Source: Halocafeteria seosinensis
Lineage: Eukaryota
Assembly: GCA_001687465.1 (NCBI GenBank)
Contig: LVLI01000176.1
Location: forward strand, 62,001 to 126,000
Reading direction: 5' to 3'
DNA length: 64,000 bases
Shown in pieces: positions 12,201 to 21,237 of the stretch (its first letter is position 1; each line of letters opens with the position of its first letter). A model generated the notes under the pieces. It was not told where the DNA came from, ran no database searches, and saw only the letters and a list, made by a program, of their open reading frames with translations. A program made the position numbers and the translations under genes.

Positions 12201-15200
12201 AAGAGAGACTGAACAGCAGAGAACAGCAAGTCAGTGAGAAGCAAAAGACTACTCAAGATGCAGAATCGTCTTTGCGCCAACTTAAAACTTCTTTGGAGTC
12301 CACAGAGGAGCAGCAGAAGAAGAAGGAGGAGGATTTACGTGCAACGGAAAGGGATATCGCCACTCAAAGAAATAATCTGGAGGAGGCAAGCAAAGAAACA
12401 GTGTCGCGGCTACAAAGCCAACAAGAGAAGATTAAACTTGCGGTTAATAGAATTGAAAGAGACAAAAAAGAGCTGCAATCTGAACAAACAGCAGTCGAGC
12501 AAGAGCGTGAGCGATTGGAAGAAGAGCAAGACGAACTCCGATCTTCGTGGGAAGAATTGCAAGAGAGGGAACGTCGTTTGCGTGAACATGAGAGCTCCTG
12601 CGAGTCGCTTAGAAGTGATCTCAATAGTAGGCAATCCGATATAGAGAAAAGGGAATCCCGTCTAAAAGATTTGGAGCGACGAGAGAGGGAAGTTGCCGAG
12701 CGAGAAACAACGTGCCGGCGTGAGCACATTGAAAACGAAAAGCTGAGAGTGTCTCTTGAGTCGCAGAAGGAGCAGTTCCAACAGCGATTGGAGGATGTAG
12801 CCCGGCGCGAATCCTACGTTAACGAAGTTCAGCCGAAAATCTACAATGATTCCCGTCAAGCGTCTTCCCAGTTGGAAGAACTCAGCAAACAGAAGGCAGA
12901 GATTGCAAAAAGAGAGGAAGCTGTTTCTGAACAAGAACGAAAATTGAAATCTGAAGAACAGGATATTTCCTGTTTAAAGCAGAAGCTGGAACAACAGCAG
13001 GAAGAATTAAAACGTGACCTTACCGACGTAAAGCAACGGGAGGCTTCAGTGAATGAACGAGAACGTAACATATTGTCGCGAGAAAATAAGTTGGAGTCGC
13101 GGAGTAAAGAACTAGAAAATGCAGAATATAGGGTACGCGTAAAAGAAGGCGAACTCAGTGCCCGGGAACAGCATCTAGAACAGCGCGAGCAGCAGCTAGA
13201 TTCCGATAAGGTAAACAGTCACGAGTATAAAAGCCAAGTAGAAACTGCTAGGCAACGTCTCAGGCAGGCTACGGAACAGGCTTACAGCCAGCTTGACATG
13301 GAAAGGAAGCAATTGGAGGAGCAACGGCAAAAACTGCACGAAGAAAGCGAGAATGTAGAGCTCAAGAGGCAAGAACTGGCTCAAGAATCAGAGGCTCTGT
13401 CGGACTGGAAGAAGAAGTTAGAATCTCGAGAACAATCGGTGGAAGAAAAGGAAAAGGAACAGCTATATGCGACCAGGGAACTAGAACGTAAGACCCAAAC
13501 ACTCCGAGAGGAGTCTGCCCGTACTCAGGAGTATTTTAGACGGTGTCTTGAGGATGTAAACAATCAACGCGAAGAAGTACGAACAAATCGAGACACTGCC
13601 CGGCAAGAAATCGAAAGGGAGACCCAAAGGTTAGAGGCATGGGAAGAGAAGATGTCCAAGCAGAGAAAAGAACTACAAACAATGAGTCAGGAACTAGAAG
13701 ATCGCCAGAAACTTCTTGACTCTGAGAAGTCTTCGTTGACGGATGCTACTTCGCAGTCTCAGCAGCTGACAACATCATTGCAACAAAAATTTCAGGAGAT
13801 TCGCAGTCGTGAAGAAGCGATTGAGAAGTCGCTTGCAGCGCTACGCCAGAAAGAAAACCATGTGCATGCTACATTAGGTGACATTAAGAGTCGTGAGGCT
13901 TCGCTTACCAAGAAGCAGGAGCAACTAGAAGCGGAGGAAGTACGTATTCGGAAACTTCAACACGATATTAACACAAGAGAGGTAGAGCTTGAAGGCAAAT
14001 TGAAAAGGAGAGAACAGGAAGTAGAAGCCAAGGAAAAAAGAATGGAAGAAAGGGAAGAAAGGATTCATACTAACGAGAAGACTGCTGAGGAATTAATGAA
14101 CCAGGCGTTGGCGAAGCAGAAACAGTTTTCTGAAAGGATATATGATCTAGAAAGCTCTTATCATTCTAAGCGATCGACCCTTGAGTCTAAGGAAGAAGAA
14201 GTGTCCAAAAGCAAGTCAAGTCTGGAAGAAAAGAAAAACGATGTCACCCAGCGCGAAAATCAGTTACAACGACGGGAGAATGCTTTGCAGAGTGTGCAAA
14301 AATCTCTGGAACGAGTGCGACGTAGTATTGACACTGATCGGGAGTCGCTATCGAAGGAGCGCCTTGATCTACAGCGGGAAAGAGAGTCAATTCGAGAAGA
14401 CAGGAAAAAACTAGCTGAACGACGCCGCGTTTTGGAGCGCCAGAAGAAAGATTTTGAAGCGAAATATCGTATGAGAACGCAAGAGTTAGAGAACCGAGAG
14501 ACAAAACTGCAGCATCGGGAAGACTGGTTTCGCAAACGTCAAGTTTCTCGGGATGACTCTGTCATGCATCACCTAGAAGATGGCTCTGATTTTCAAAATC
14601 GAACAGCTGGCAGCCCAAAAGACAACGTTTCACCGGACAACAGGCTACATCAACGAAACTTAACATTAGAGAGGCAGGTGCAGGATCTCGAACGCGAGCT
14701 GCAACGTTCGAAATCAAACCTTCAAACATCAGAAGAGCGGGTTCGCGAACTGGAGCAACAATTGAACGTAAAGCAGAAAGAGATTCGCATGCTGAATCGG
14801 CAACTTGAGATGGCAAATTCTCAGGTCGAGCAACTTGGTCAAGTTCGAAAATCCGGCGAGGCAGATCAACAACAATCGCTCAATGAGTTTTGGAAACTAG
14901 CAAAGGAAGAAAAGAAGAGGTTGCACAGATTAGAAAAAGAACTTGAGAACCGAAAGGAGGAATTGAATTCGCGTGAATCTGATGTTAGAAGAAAAGAACA
15001 AAATTCTGAAGAAGTACAACGTGATGGGGATAATATCGACCTTGACGACAAGGCGTTACAAGGGGCCGTAGACGAAATGCAAAGCCGCGAGCAGCGCCGT
15101 AAGCAGAGAATTCATTCTCGGTTAGAGCGTTTACGTAGCAAGATCACGTCGAAACGTAAGGAAGTCAATGAACAGGAAGAAGCGCTTCGCCAGGCATTTC

Positions 15201-17524
15201 ATGATCTTCAGGAAGCCGAGAAGCAATTCCAGGAGAAGGTTAAAGATAATGATGGTGAACAGAAGACTGATGGGCCAAGTGGACAACGGTCATCCCAATT
15301 GCTTGTTAGTGTGCAAGAAAAACGAGTTGATCTGGCTCTTTTACGAGCTTCTCTTCGCTCTTACGAACAGGAGGCAAACCGCCTTGAGTCCATGCGGAAT
15401 AGCTCGGTTCCTTCTGGTGACGTTCCTGCAACTAGTCACAACGAAGACTTTACACGTGTACCACAGTCAGTTGAGGAGGCGCAGAAGGCGGCGTTGGAAG
15501 CTCAGAAAGAGGCTGGGCGTCTCATCCGAAATGCTCTCAGATACGAAGAGATGTTGCGATACCAACGTGAGGTCTACATAGCAGCACGGGATGAGGCTCA
15601 GAAGGAAGCATCCACCTTGCGAACTGAATGCAAGGGGTTAATCGAACGCCTACATGAAACCGAAGATCAGCTGCAGAAACTGAATGCTGAGGTTTCAAAT
15701 GAGCATAAAAGTCTTCAAGAGGACAGAAATTTGGTCGAGGAGAAAGCTACGAGGCTACAGGAGGAAGCAGCAGCACTAGAGAAGAGAGAGTCGTTAGTTT
15801 CACGAACTGCACACCATTTCGAGTCCCTTGTTAACCACAAGCAGACGAATAATCTCTCCTCAGACTTTCCATCTCTGCAAGGGGTTATCGCTGAGTTGCG
15901 AGAAAGTGACTTGGTTGATGAGCAGACAGTTGCCACCATAGAGAAGTTTGGAATCTCTACCGAAACTGTAGTGCCGCTATTGAAATACCTGCTTGACCAT
16001 ATGCACCAGCTGGAGGATCATGAACGAAGGCTTGAGAGTAACCTGGCCGTGGCTCGGCATCAATGTCAGCTGGCAAATGAAGAATGCTCCAGAGCGAAGA
16101 GAGAATATTCTGTTGAGTTATCACAGAGTAGGCGTGAAATCCACACGCTGAATGAAATCATAGAGCAGCGGGATTCAAACCTTGAAGACCAACGTAAGAA
16201 GTACCGTAGTCTAGAAGCGGAGCTTGTGCAGGAGCAAATGGCATGTTCAAGGCTAAGAAGTGAATTAAACTCTACTGACACGGGGACATGTAACGGTGAA
16301 GAACTTCATAGGTTACGCCAGAATCTTTTTACGCAAACCCGCAGAGCAGAAAGGGCAGCAATGGAAGCGGAAGATTGGTTCCAAAAAACTTACGTATTGC
16401 AACTTCAACGTTCGTCGCCTCAAGAATTTGAACCGAGTAACGATAAACAAACTTCAGGTACTGATGGGAACGCAATACACGATATGTCCGCAAACTCTTC
16501 AACAATGGGAGAGGATAACAGAAGCCACAGCACGGAAGAGCTTGGGAATGCGGTAGCAAACATGTTGCGAGGACTAGGCATGGCTCGTGACACAAGTAGA
16601 CGCCGACTTCAACGACTTCGACAAATCTGTCTGCGCATTACACATGGGGAACAAGAGAAGCAGCCTTGGCTCCATGTCATCGACCAACATAATTCTCAAC
16701 TGGAAGCTTTAGAGCAAGAAGCTAATAGCCTCCATAAGGCGTTGGTGGAAGCTCATGACGCTCTCCACAGTTATCACGGAAACACCAGTTTGACGCGCGA
16801 TGATGTCTACACGAAGGTTTCGTCGCTGGTGGAAAGTGCCTCCTCGCTTCAAGAGAAGCAGGACTCGTGGGAAAGTAGTCTACATGAGACTACTCAAACT
16901 ATTGCAGAACGATTGAACTCTTCCAAGACCACGGACGTAGCTAACTCCCTTCACGAATATTCTCGTGAGCATAGTGCGTATCAGGCTCCCGTAACGGACA
17001 AACCGTTTGAAGATGTATCCGAGCGGTCGGATGTCATGGACGATCTTAATAGATCCCTGGAAGAGCGTGCTAAGCTATTGGAGACTGGGCAACAGTACGA
17101 GTATAGTGTCTCTTCGAACATCTCGGAAGCTATATCGAGGCGCTCCGAACAAGAAAGTCCTTCTGGACCTAAGGAAAACGCCGACATACCGGTAGAAGCG
17201 GGGGAACATGGATGGGACGTATACGCTCCCGATGCAATGCATATGAATGCTGCTCAGGTGGATAATTATAGCGAGTACGAAAATGATGAACCGGCTGAAG
17301 CACTGCTTGATTCCGTGCTGTCGGCTGCACCAACAAGGGCTAATGCTGGTGTTCAGAGAGACCAAGGACAGCTTTCCACAGTTGAGCGTCGTGTGGATAG
17401 GTCTTCGTCTGAAGAAGTGGATAGCGTCCAATGGGAATACGATGCAAGCGCCGAGTTCGCAGTGGATGAACACGAGGTCAACCGTGTGTTAGATGCGTGG
17501 TACCATCATGGTACACAACAATGA
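9299..17524 (+). CDS. Giant intronless coiled-coil protein, 2741 aa, function unknown
   Basis: Uninterrupted ORF of E/K/R/Q-rich heptads (e.g. RELELQQREQQVERREEE) with disordered termini. No globular domain recognised. Confidence 0.9.
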   Translation: MDGHTRSYTQEAGRAEGTRSTTGTSGVTRRSQPRPLQYTSPTSTSGNNDEYEGSSGRSSLASYGAKHNSGDERSNQKQHDIYPSVNESQPHRGRGRSGTQRQQKRLAPKQMTSGLRESNPHDPELEELKHDSQTERQENTDIQVQSRRDSTANGSPRKPDTNGLRILFDAWESQLDKSQSELEKKFAKLTEEEQDTHSLRKLLSQQQSQLRKQKHELQSREKKTEQLQKQLEEAMSQYQQTSDKEQELYKREERIKSEEKDLQEWKRQNEEYSKKLREEQDKLERLRSDLENHYERVKSRETAVEQGAHQFATSEKELANRELELQQREQQVERREEEVTGKEELQTTKAEEVQTKEEELKQTEEHVSTAVRSMGALLRRLLDTPDALSRVRRDGHQMVQTVQENDKQAALDVQDTRQLGVDIQSLKDELTEAARLTPSSTTWSDGIAPFATAFIDAVSHLAEAFVEEKQNLCRISQGLRQAQSFTRRRREELMRREEDLDAYESRIEEERESLEALRKNLEDQQTTNQEDLVSIRQRKENLEQWEKDVQQREETVETRETELASKEEDIRVKEQRLQERRKQVERDVMYQEDSLAKSKRLYDESRRMSEVNENRTQELRQLELSLNERENKLNNLEAELADENAKIHSKLENIDLREQNVNTMEQGLDTSLQKKNEELQQLQQQCHEAEERYKELQSEMESLRCSMGDMRKRENALIDQEMECEQLHKEMQEKEKTLGNTEHTLNTKWEELSAREQETTTKERELKEREEQLQNRESNLENRERQLESYASSLSKKAEEIAERRKTVEAREKTMQEKEQEVERKQSVCASKTQHVNKAARELDQLRSKLDSEKETFEHFRQQVEDREQQLESRTQQVEELKRRTEDTFHRLSKEREAVESRRQQLENQYKQYYSECDRKLEEEKSRLATQSWIQSETSETKAESSRRRYEKLCREYERKLQKLNVQEERLNSREQQVSEKQKTTQDAESSLRQLKTSLESTEEQQKKKEEDLRATERDIATQRNNLEEASKETVSRLQSQQEKIKLAVNRIERDKKELQSEQTAVEQERERLEEEQDELRSSWEELQERERRLREHESSCESLRSDLNSRQSDIEKRESRLKDLERREREVAERETTCRREHIENEKLRVSLESQKEQFQQRLEDVARRESYVNEVQPKIYNDSRQASSQLEELSKQKAEIAKREEAVSEQERKLKSEEQDISCLKQKLEQQQEELKRDLTDVKQREASVNERERNILSRENKLESRSKELENAEYRVRVKEGELSAREQHLEQREQQLDSDKVNSHEYKSQVETARQRLRQATEQAYSQLDMERKQLEEQRQKLHEESENVELKRQELAQESEALSDWKKKLESREQSVEEKEKEQLYATRELERKTQTLREESARTQEYFRRCLEDVNNQREEVRTNRDTARQEIERETQRLEAWEEKMSKQRKELQTMSQELEDRQKLLDSEKSSLTDATSQSQQLTTSLQQKFQEIRSREEAIEKSLAALRQKENHVHATLGDIKSREASLTKKQEQLEAEEVRIRKLQHDINTREVELEGKLKRREQEVEAKEKRMEEREERIHTNEKTAEELMNQALAKQKQFSERIYDLESSYHSKRSTLESKEEEVSKSKSSLEEKKNDVTQRENQLQRRENALQSVQKSLERVRRSIDTDRESLSKERLDLQRERESIREDRKKLAERRRVLERQKKDFEAKYRMRTQELENRETKLQHREDWFRKRQVSRDDSVMHHLEDGSDFQNRTAGSPKDNVSPDNRLHQRNLTLERQVQDLERELQRSKSNLQTSEERVRELEQQLNVKQKEIRMLNRQLEMANSQVEQLGQVRKSGEADQQQSLNEFWKLAKEEKKRLHRLEKELENRKEELNSRESDVRRKEQNSEEVQRDGDNIDLDDKALQGAVDEMQSREQRRKQRIHSRLERLRSKITSKRKEVNEQEEALRQAFHDLQEAEKQFQEKVKDNDGEQKTDGPSGQRSSQLLVSVQEKRVDLALLRASLRSYEQEANRLESMRNSSVPSGDVPATSHNEDFTRVPQSVEEAQKAALEAQKEAGRLIRNALRYEEMLRYQREVYIAARDEAQKEASTLRTECKGLIERLHETEDQLQKLNAEVSNEHKSLQEDRNLVEEKATRLQEEAAALEKRESLVSRTAHHFESLVNHKQTNNLSSDFPSLQGVIAELRESDLVDEQTVATIEKFGISTETVVPLLKYLLDHMHQLEDHERRLESNLAVARHQCQLANEECSRAKREYSVELSQSRREIHTLNEIIEQRDSNLEDQRKKYRSLEAELVQEQMACSRLRSELNSTDTGTCNGEELHRLRQNLFTQTRRAERAAMEAEDWFQKTYVLQLQRSSPQEFEPSNDKQTSGTDGNAIHDMSANSSTMGEDNRSHSTEELGNAVANMLRGLGMARDTSRRRLQRLRQICLRITHGEQEKQPWLHVIDQHNSQLEALEQEANSLHKALVEAHDALHSYHGNTSLTRDDVYTKVSSLVESASSLQEKQDSWESSLHETTQTIAERLNSSKTTDVANSLHEYSREHSAYQAPVTDKPFEDVSERSDVMDDLNRSLEERAKLLETGQQYEYSVSSNISEAISRRSEQESPSGPKENADIPVEAGEHGWDVYAPDAMHMNAAQVDNYSEYENDEPAEALLDSVLSAAPTRANAGVQRDQGQLSTVERRVDRSSSEEVDSVQWEYDASAEFAVDEHEVNRVLDAWYHHGTQQ

Positions 17525-17716
17525 ACGCAAAGCGCTTTCATGTTTGTACACCCCGATCCTGCTCTTCTGGAGGTTAAGATGTTTGGAGTTGCTTCAACCA
17601 ACTTGCTTGTTCGATTTTACAGTGTACAGTATCTAAGGGACACAGAAGCTTCTTCAAGTCTCATGTGTGTGCATTAGTACTGCTCCTACCGGAAGCCATG
17701 CATGCTACTGGCTACG

Positions 17717-18160
17717 CTACGCAGTGTGAGGGGTGAACCCTACCCGAAACCGCTCCAACATCATCACGTTGTGGCGCATCGACGTGACTGACAGTTTGGC
17801 CGTCATCAGCTTGCGAAAGTTCCGCATCTCCCTTGTTCCCAAGCGGGAACCCGGTGCTTTCCTGGCAATCCTCTTCATGAACTTGATCGCGTCCTCCCCG
17901 AAGCCACCCGTCGCCTCTATCGCGAACGTGATAATTTCCGTGTGGTGGTCCCTCAGATGTTCGTATTTTGTCCGCTTCATCTTCTCCGCTTCTGCCGCGA
18001 TGGTGGGGCTTTCCTGCTGCCCTGACTAGTCTGTCTCCCGTGAGCGGGTTTGGCACCGTCACATCGACATAAACTGTGCTCGTTGGGCCCTGCTACGAGG
18101 TCCATTACTGGCCTCGCTTCTCCGTCGTTTCGGAGATCTACGTGCTTCCTCCTCTGACCA
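17717..18160 (-). mobile_element. Truncated, frameshifted CRE-clade-like non-LTR retrotransposon C-terminus (restriction-like endonuclease)
   Basis: Across frames: RPVMDLV..VYVDVTVPNP, AEKMKRTKY, ITFAIEATGGFGEDAIKFMKRIA and KLSVTSMRHNVMML. These match the RLE pattern D..DVT / K..KY / E..GG.G..A / SV.LQR.NA. Confidence 0.8.
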
Positions 18161-18279
18161 TGTACAAGTTGTGACAGTACAACTTGTCACAGTACAAGTG
18201 GGTACGGGGTACTACGGGCAAGTCGTGCCACTGGTGCCAACTCCGGAGGCCGTCGACTTTGTCGCTGGATCTTGTAAAA

Positions 18280-20026
18280 TATACAAGGTTAATAGGAACT
18301 GCTTGTGCAGAATCTGAATGGTATATGAGTCTAGTTTTATATGCATAAGAGGGTACAAGACAAAAACTTCTATATATTGTATTATAGTGCTGTTTCCTGC
18401 GAAAAACTGAACTTCAACTCGGGGGCTCAATTTTGGATCGCCAAAGTGGACACCTCTCTGAGCACGAATAATCACAGTTGGAAATCTACCTCGGGGTTTA
18501 TGAGTTCATTTAGCTCTGCGAAATAACATGGACTTTGATGTGCCGGCGAAGAAGGTTGGATTTAATGCGTATGGCTGCGTGTGATTCCTTCACATCGCAC
18601 TTTGTGCCGATCGACTAGACTGGTGTATACTTCGCTCAGGAACTCATTCCACCATTTTAAGATCTGTTCTGGGATCCTATTCCCCATTTGGTGGTTTTGG
18701 TTCCCATATGATCCGCCGTAGAATGAGAGGTTCAGCCTCCCAAAGACCTCCGCTTTTTCTCCCACGCAGAACAGTGAGGCCGTGAACTGCTTGACATAAC
18801 ACCAGAAGAGCTCGCTCCCATTGCAAACTGCAGATTGAGGTGGCTGCCATAAAATTTGAAGCCATTTCACCTCTTGCGTCCATATGCCGCTGCTCCTCAG
18901 CCTGCTCCTCAGCGCTTCGCAGCAACAAATTATGTCGGTCGCCCGGAAACCATTCCGGGGACGAATGTTTCGTATGACCATGCTTTGGGCCTCCTCGAGC
19001 GATGGACCTGCTCGACTGTTCGTGTTGTTATCACAAAATTCTCCTAAAGTGCATATTACTGTATGGGGCTCAAATTTGCCGTTGAAATTGCGTTTGCGCC
19101 TTGCAGCATTGTAGCGATCTCGTAACCTTGGAGTACTTCAGCAGTTTCAGCGTTTTCTTTGACGACCTCTCGACAGGGGAAGGCTTCCCGTTTTCCTCCT
19201 CATAATCATTTTCACGCGGCGCCATTCTGCTCCGAATGCCAACGACCATAGAGCTGGCAACTCAGTTGACTATTGCGATGAGCACAGGATTCGTCGATAA
19301 GCTCTTTCCGTCCCATCCGACTACCTATAATGCAATTGAAGAGGTTGCAGAGATACACTAGTGTTCTCGGCTTCCGTTCCTCGGTCCACGTGTCAAGTGG
19401 ACCCGCGATGGGTTTCGCAAAGATGTGACTCGTATCTTTCAGGATCCTGCGGGAGTGAGGGGGCCGCCAATCGCATCCGTATACGTCTTAATTTCGTCCA
19501 GAGTAACACCAGCTTTTCTAGAGTTTTCTTCGCGGACAAATGCTTCCACTAGTTGATGCCACTCCCTCAAGCTTGCGGGTTCGCGACCAGTCCTGTCTCC
19601 ATGGTGCACTTCAACACCAGTGTTGTGTTCCCTCACGGCGCATGTCAGCAAGGTTGCAGGAACAGCGGGCCCGTCGCTGCTTAACACGGGCGCATACCGC
19701 TCCTCGATAAGAGGAAGTGGTCAACTCCCCGGCCGGTGGGCTATCTGTCACATATGTGTGTCATTCCTTTGGAAGTATTTCTTTAGTACGTTATTTACTG
19801 TCGACCGACATACACCACAGAATGCTCCGATTAGGGATCTCAATTTGCTGTCGGATATGGGTAGAAATTTGGCGATGCTAGTCGTCCATATGCTGAGCTG
19901 AAGCGTGACATCCATTCCCGTCGGCACCACGTTTTGAACAGAGTGGATCAATTTGTCTTCTGATACGCGTGGATCTATCTGTGGGACGCTGTTTATGCAA
20001 AGCAGATACAGTTGTATAACCTTTAT
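18280..20026 (-). mobile_element. Decayed Tc1/mariner-IS630 (DDE_3) DNA transposon interrupted by another fragment
   Basis: HTH-like LIGAFCGVCRSTVNNVLKKY (~19770-19840), first-Asp motif IDESCAH (~19280-19300) and C-terminal LWQPPQSAVCNGSELFWCYVKQ (like LPPYSPELNPIELVWAYVK). Weak possible TIRs lie near 18281 and 20026. Confidence 0.6.
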
Positions 20027-20443
20027 AAATACGATATACGATACCTTTGACAGAATTGTCCCCCTCCTCCGATGTAAACAAACAGCCTGTCTCAAACCTC
20101 GAAGACCTCCCTACAGGAACGGGAGAGACTGACGAGGGAATCGCAGAAGAACAAGGCCCGGTGACGAATAGCGAGCCCATCGTGCCCACTCCGGAGGAGC
20201 GAGGCCCAAGACGCTCTGAAAGGATACGTGTGAAGAATCTCATACTCACAAAGAGTCCGAGTGTTGGTGAGCGCAGCCCTGGGGAGATCTTCGACTCCCC
20301 CAACTACGTTTCCACACACACACAAATGTGACAGATAGCCCACCGGCCGGGAAGTTGACCGCATCCTCTTAACGAGGAGCGGTATGCGCCCGTGTTAAGC
20401 AGCGACGGGCCCGCTGTTCCTGCAGCCTTGCTGACATGCGCCG
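19636..20443. repeat. 126-bp inverted duplication (19636-19761 vs 20318-20443)
   Basis: Manual alignment of the reverse complement gives about 6 mismatches in 126 nt (~95%). Both copies encode ...VLSSDGPAVPA[T/A]LLTCA. Confidence 0.95.
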
Positions 20444-21237
20444 GTTAGCATCGTCCACCATCGCGCACCACTGAGGGATTCTATAGTATGGCCGATTTGG
20501 CTAACTCCATTTCGTCAACGCTTGGGACAAGGTCCTTGAGATCAGCCGTTTCCCGCCAACGGCGTGCCAAATCCGGTAACTATCAGGACCCTTGATACCC
20601 TTTAGCCTAAGGCTTTAGGTCGACACCTGTCGAGCGGATATTTATAGGCAGTGAAGAGGCTTGTTTGGCGTCGATTCATCAAATGCCGTATTTAGTCAGG
20701 TGTATCGTCCTCCCAGCCGGGCCTCCATCAACGTAACAATACCCATTGACTTCGGTAGTTCATACACGTGGTTACATTCTTCATATTGCAGCATTGACGC
20801 AAATTATCTTAAGCGTCGTGTCCCAAGAACCCTTATCTTTCGTTGAGATGCCGGCATGCCTTGGGCAGAAGTTCAGTTCCATATTGGTATATCTACGATT
20901 TTAGTGACCTGGTCCGTTCTGCATGCTTCGGTGTCGGTTCTTAAAACTTCCCCTGGGTAAAAAAAACTTTTCAGCCCAAAGTTCCTGCCAAGTCAACGAA
21001 AAGATTGCACCTTATCTCATTTTTATCATAATTTTTACGCGCAAGCATCATGAGCTTATTCGTAGCACATTTACACTATCTAGAATAAATATGTTAGTCA
21101 AATTTAATTCAGAGTTCTTCTTCGAGTAGACGGGAGTTCTGCTTGCTTGAATCGGGCTCATTTGAGCTTTGATTGCGTTAACTATGTGGCGGATAAAAGC
21201 ATAACATAGACGTATTTTCCCTCTATACTCGACCATA

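Noticed and set aside
9694..17492. Many antisense and alternative-frame ORFs inside the giant CDS and other genes
   Set aside because: These are shadow ORFs caused by biased codon composition and have no protein-like motifs.
17700..21000. Fanzor/TnpB nuclease associated with the Tc1-like element
   Set aside because: No RuvC DPG/E/RDxNA motifs or CxxC zinc finger were found in the frames inspected.
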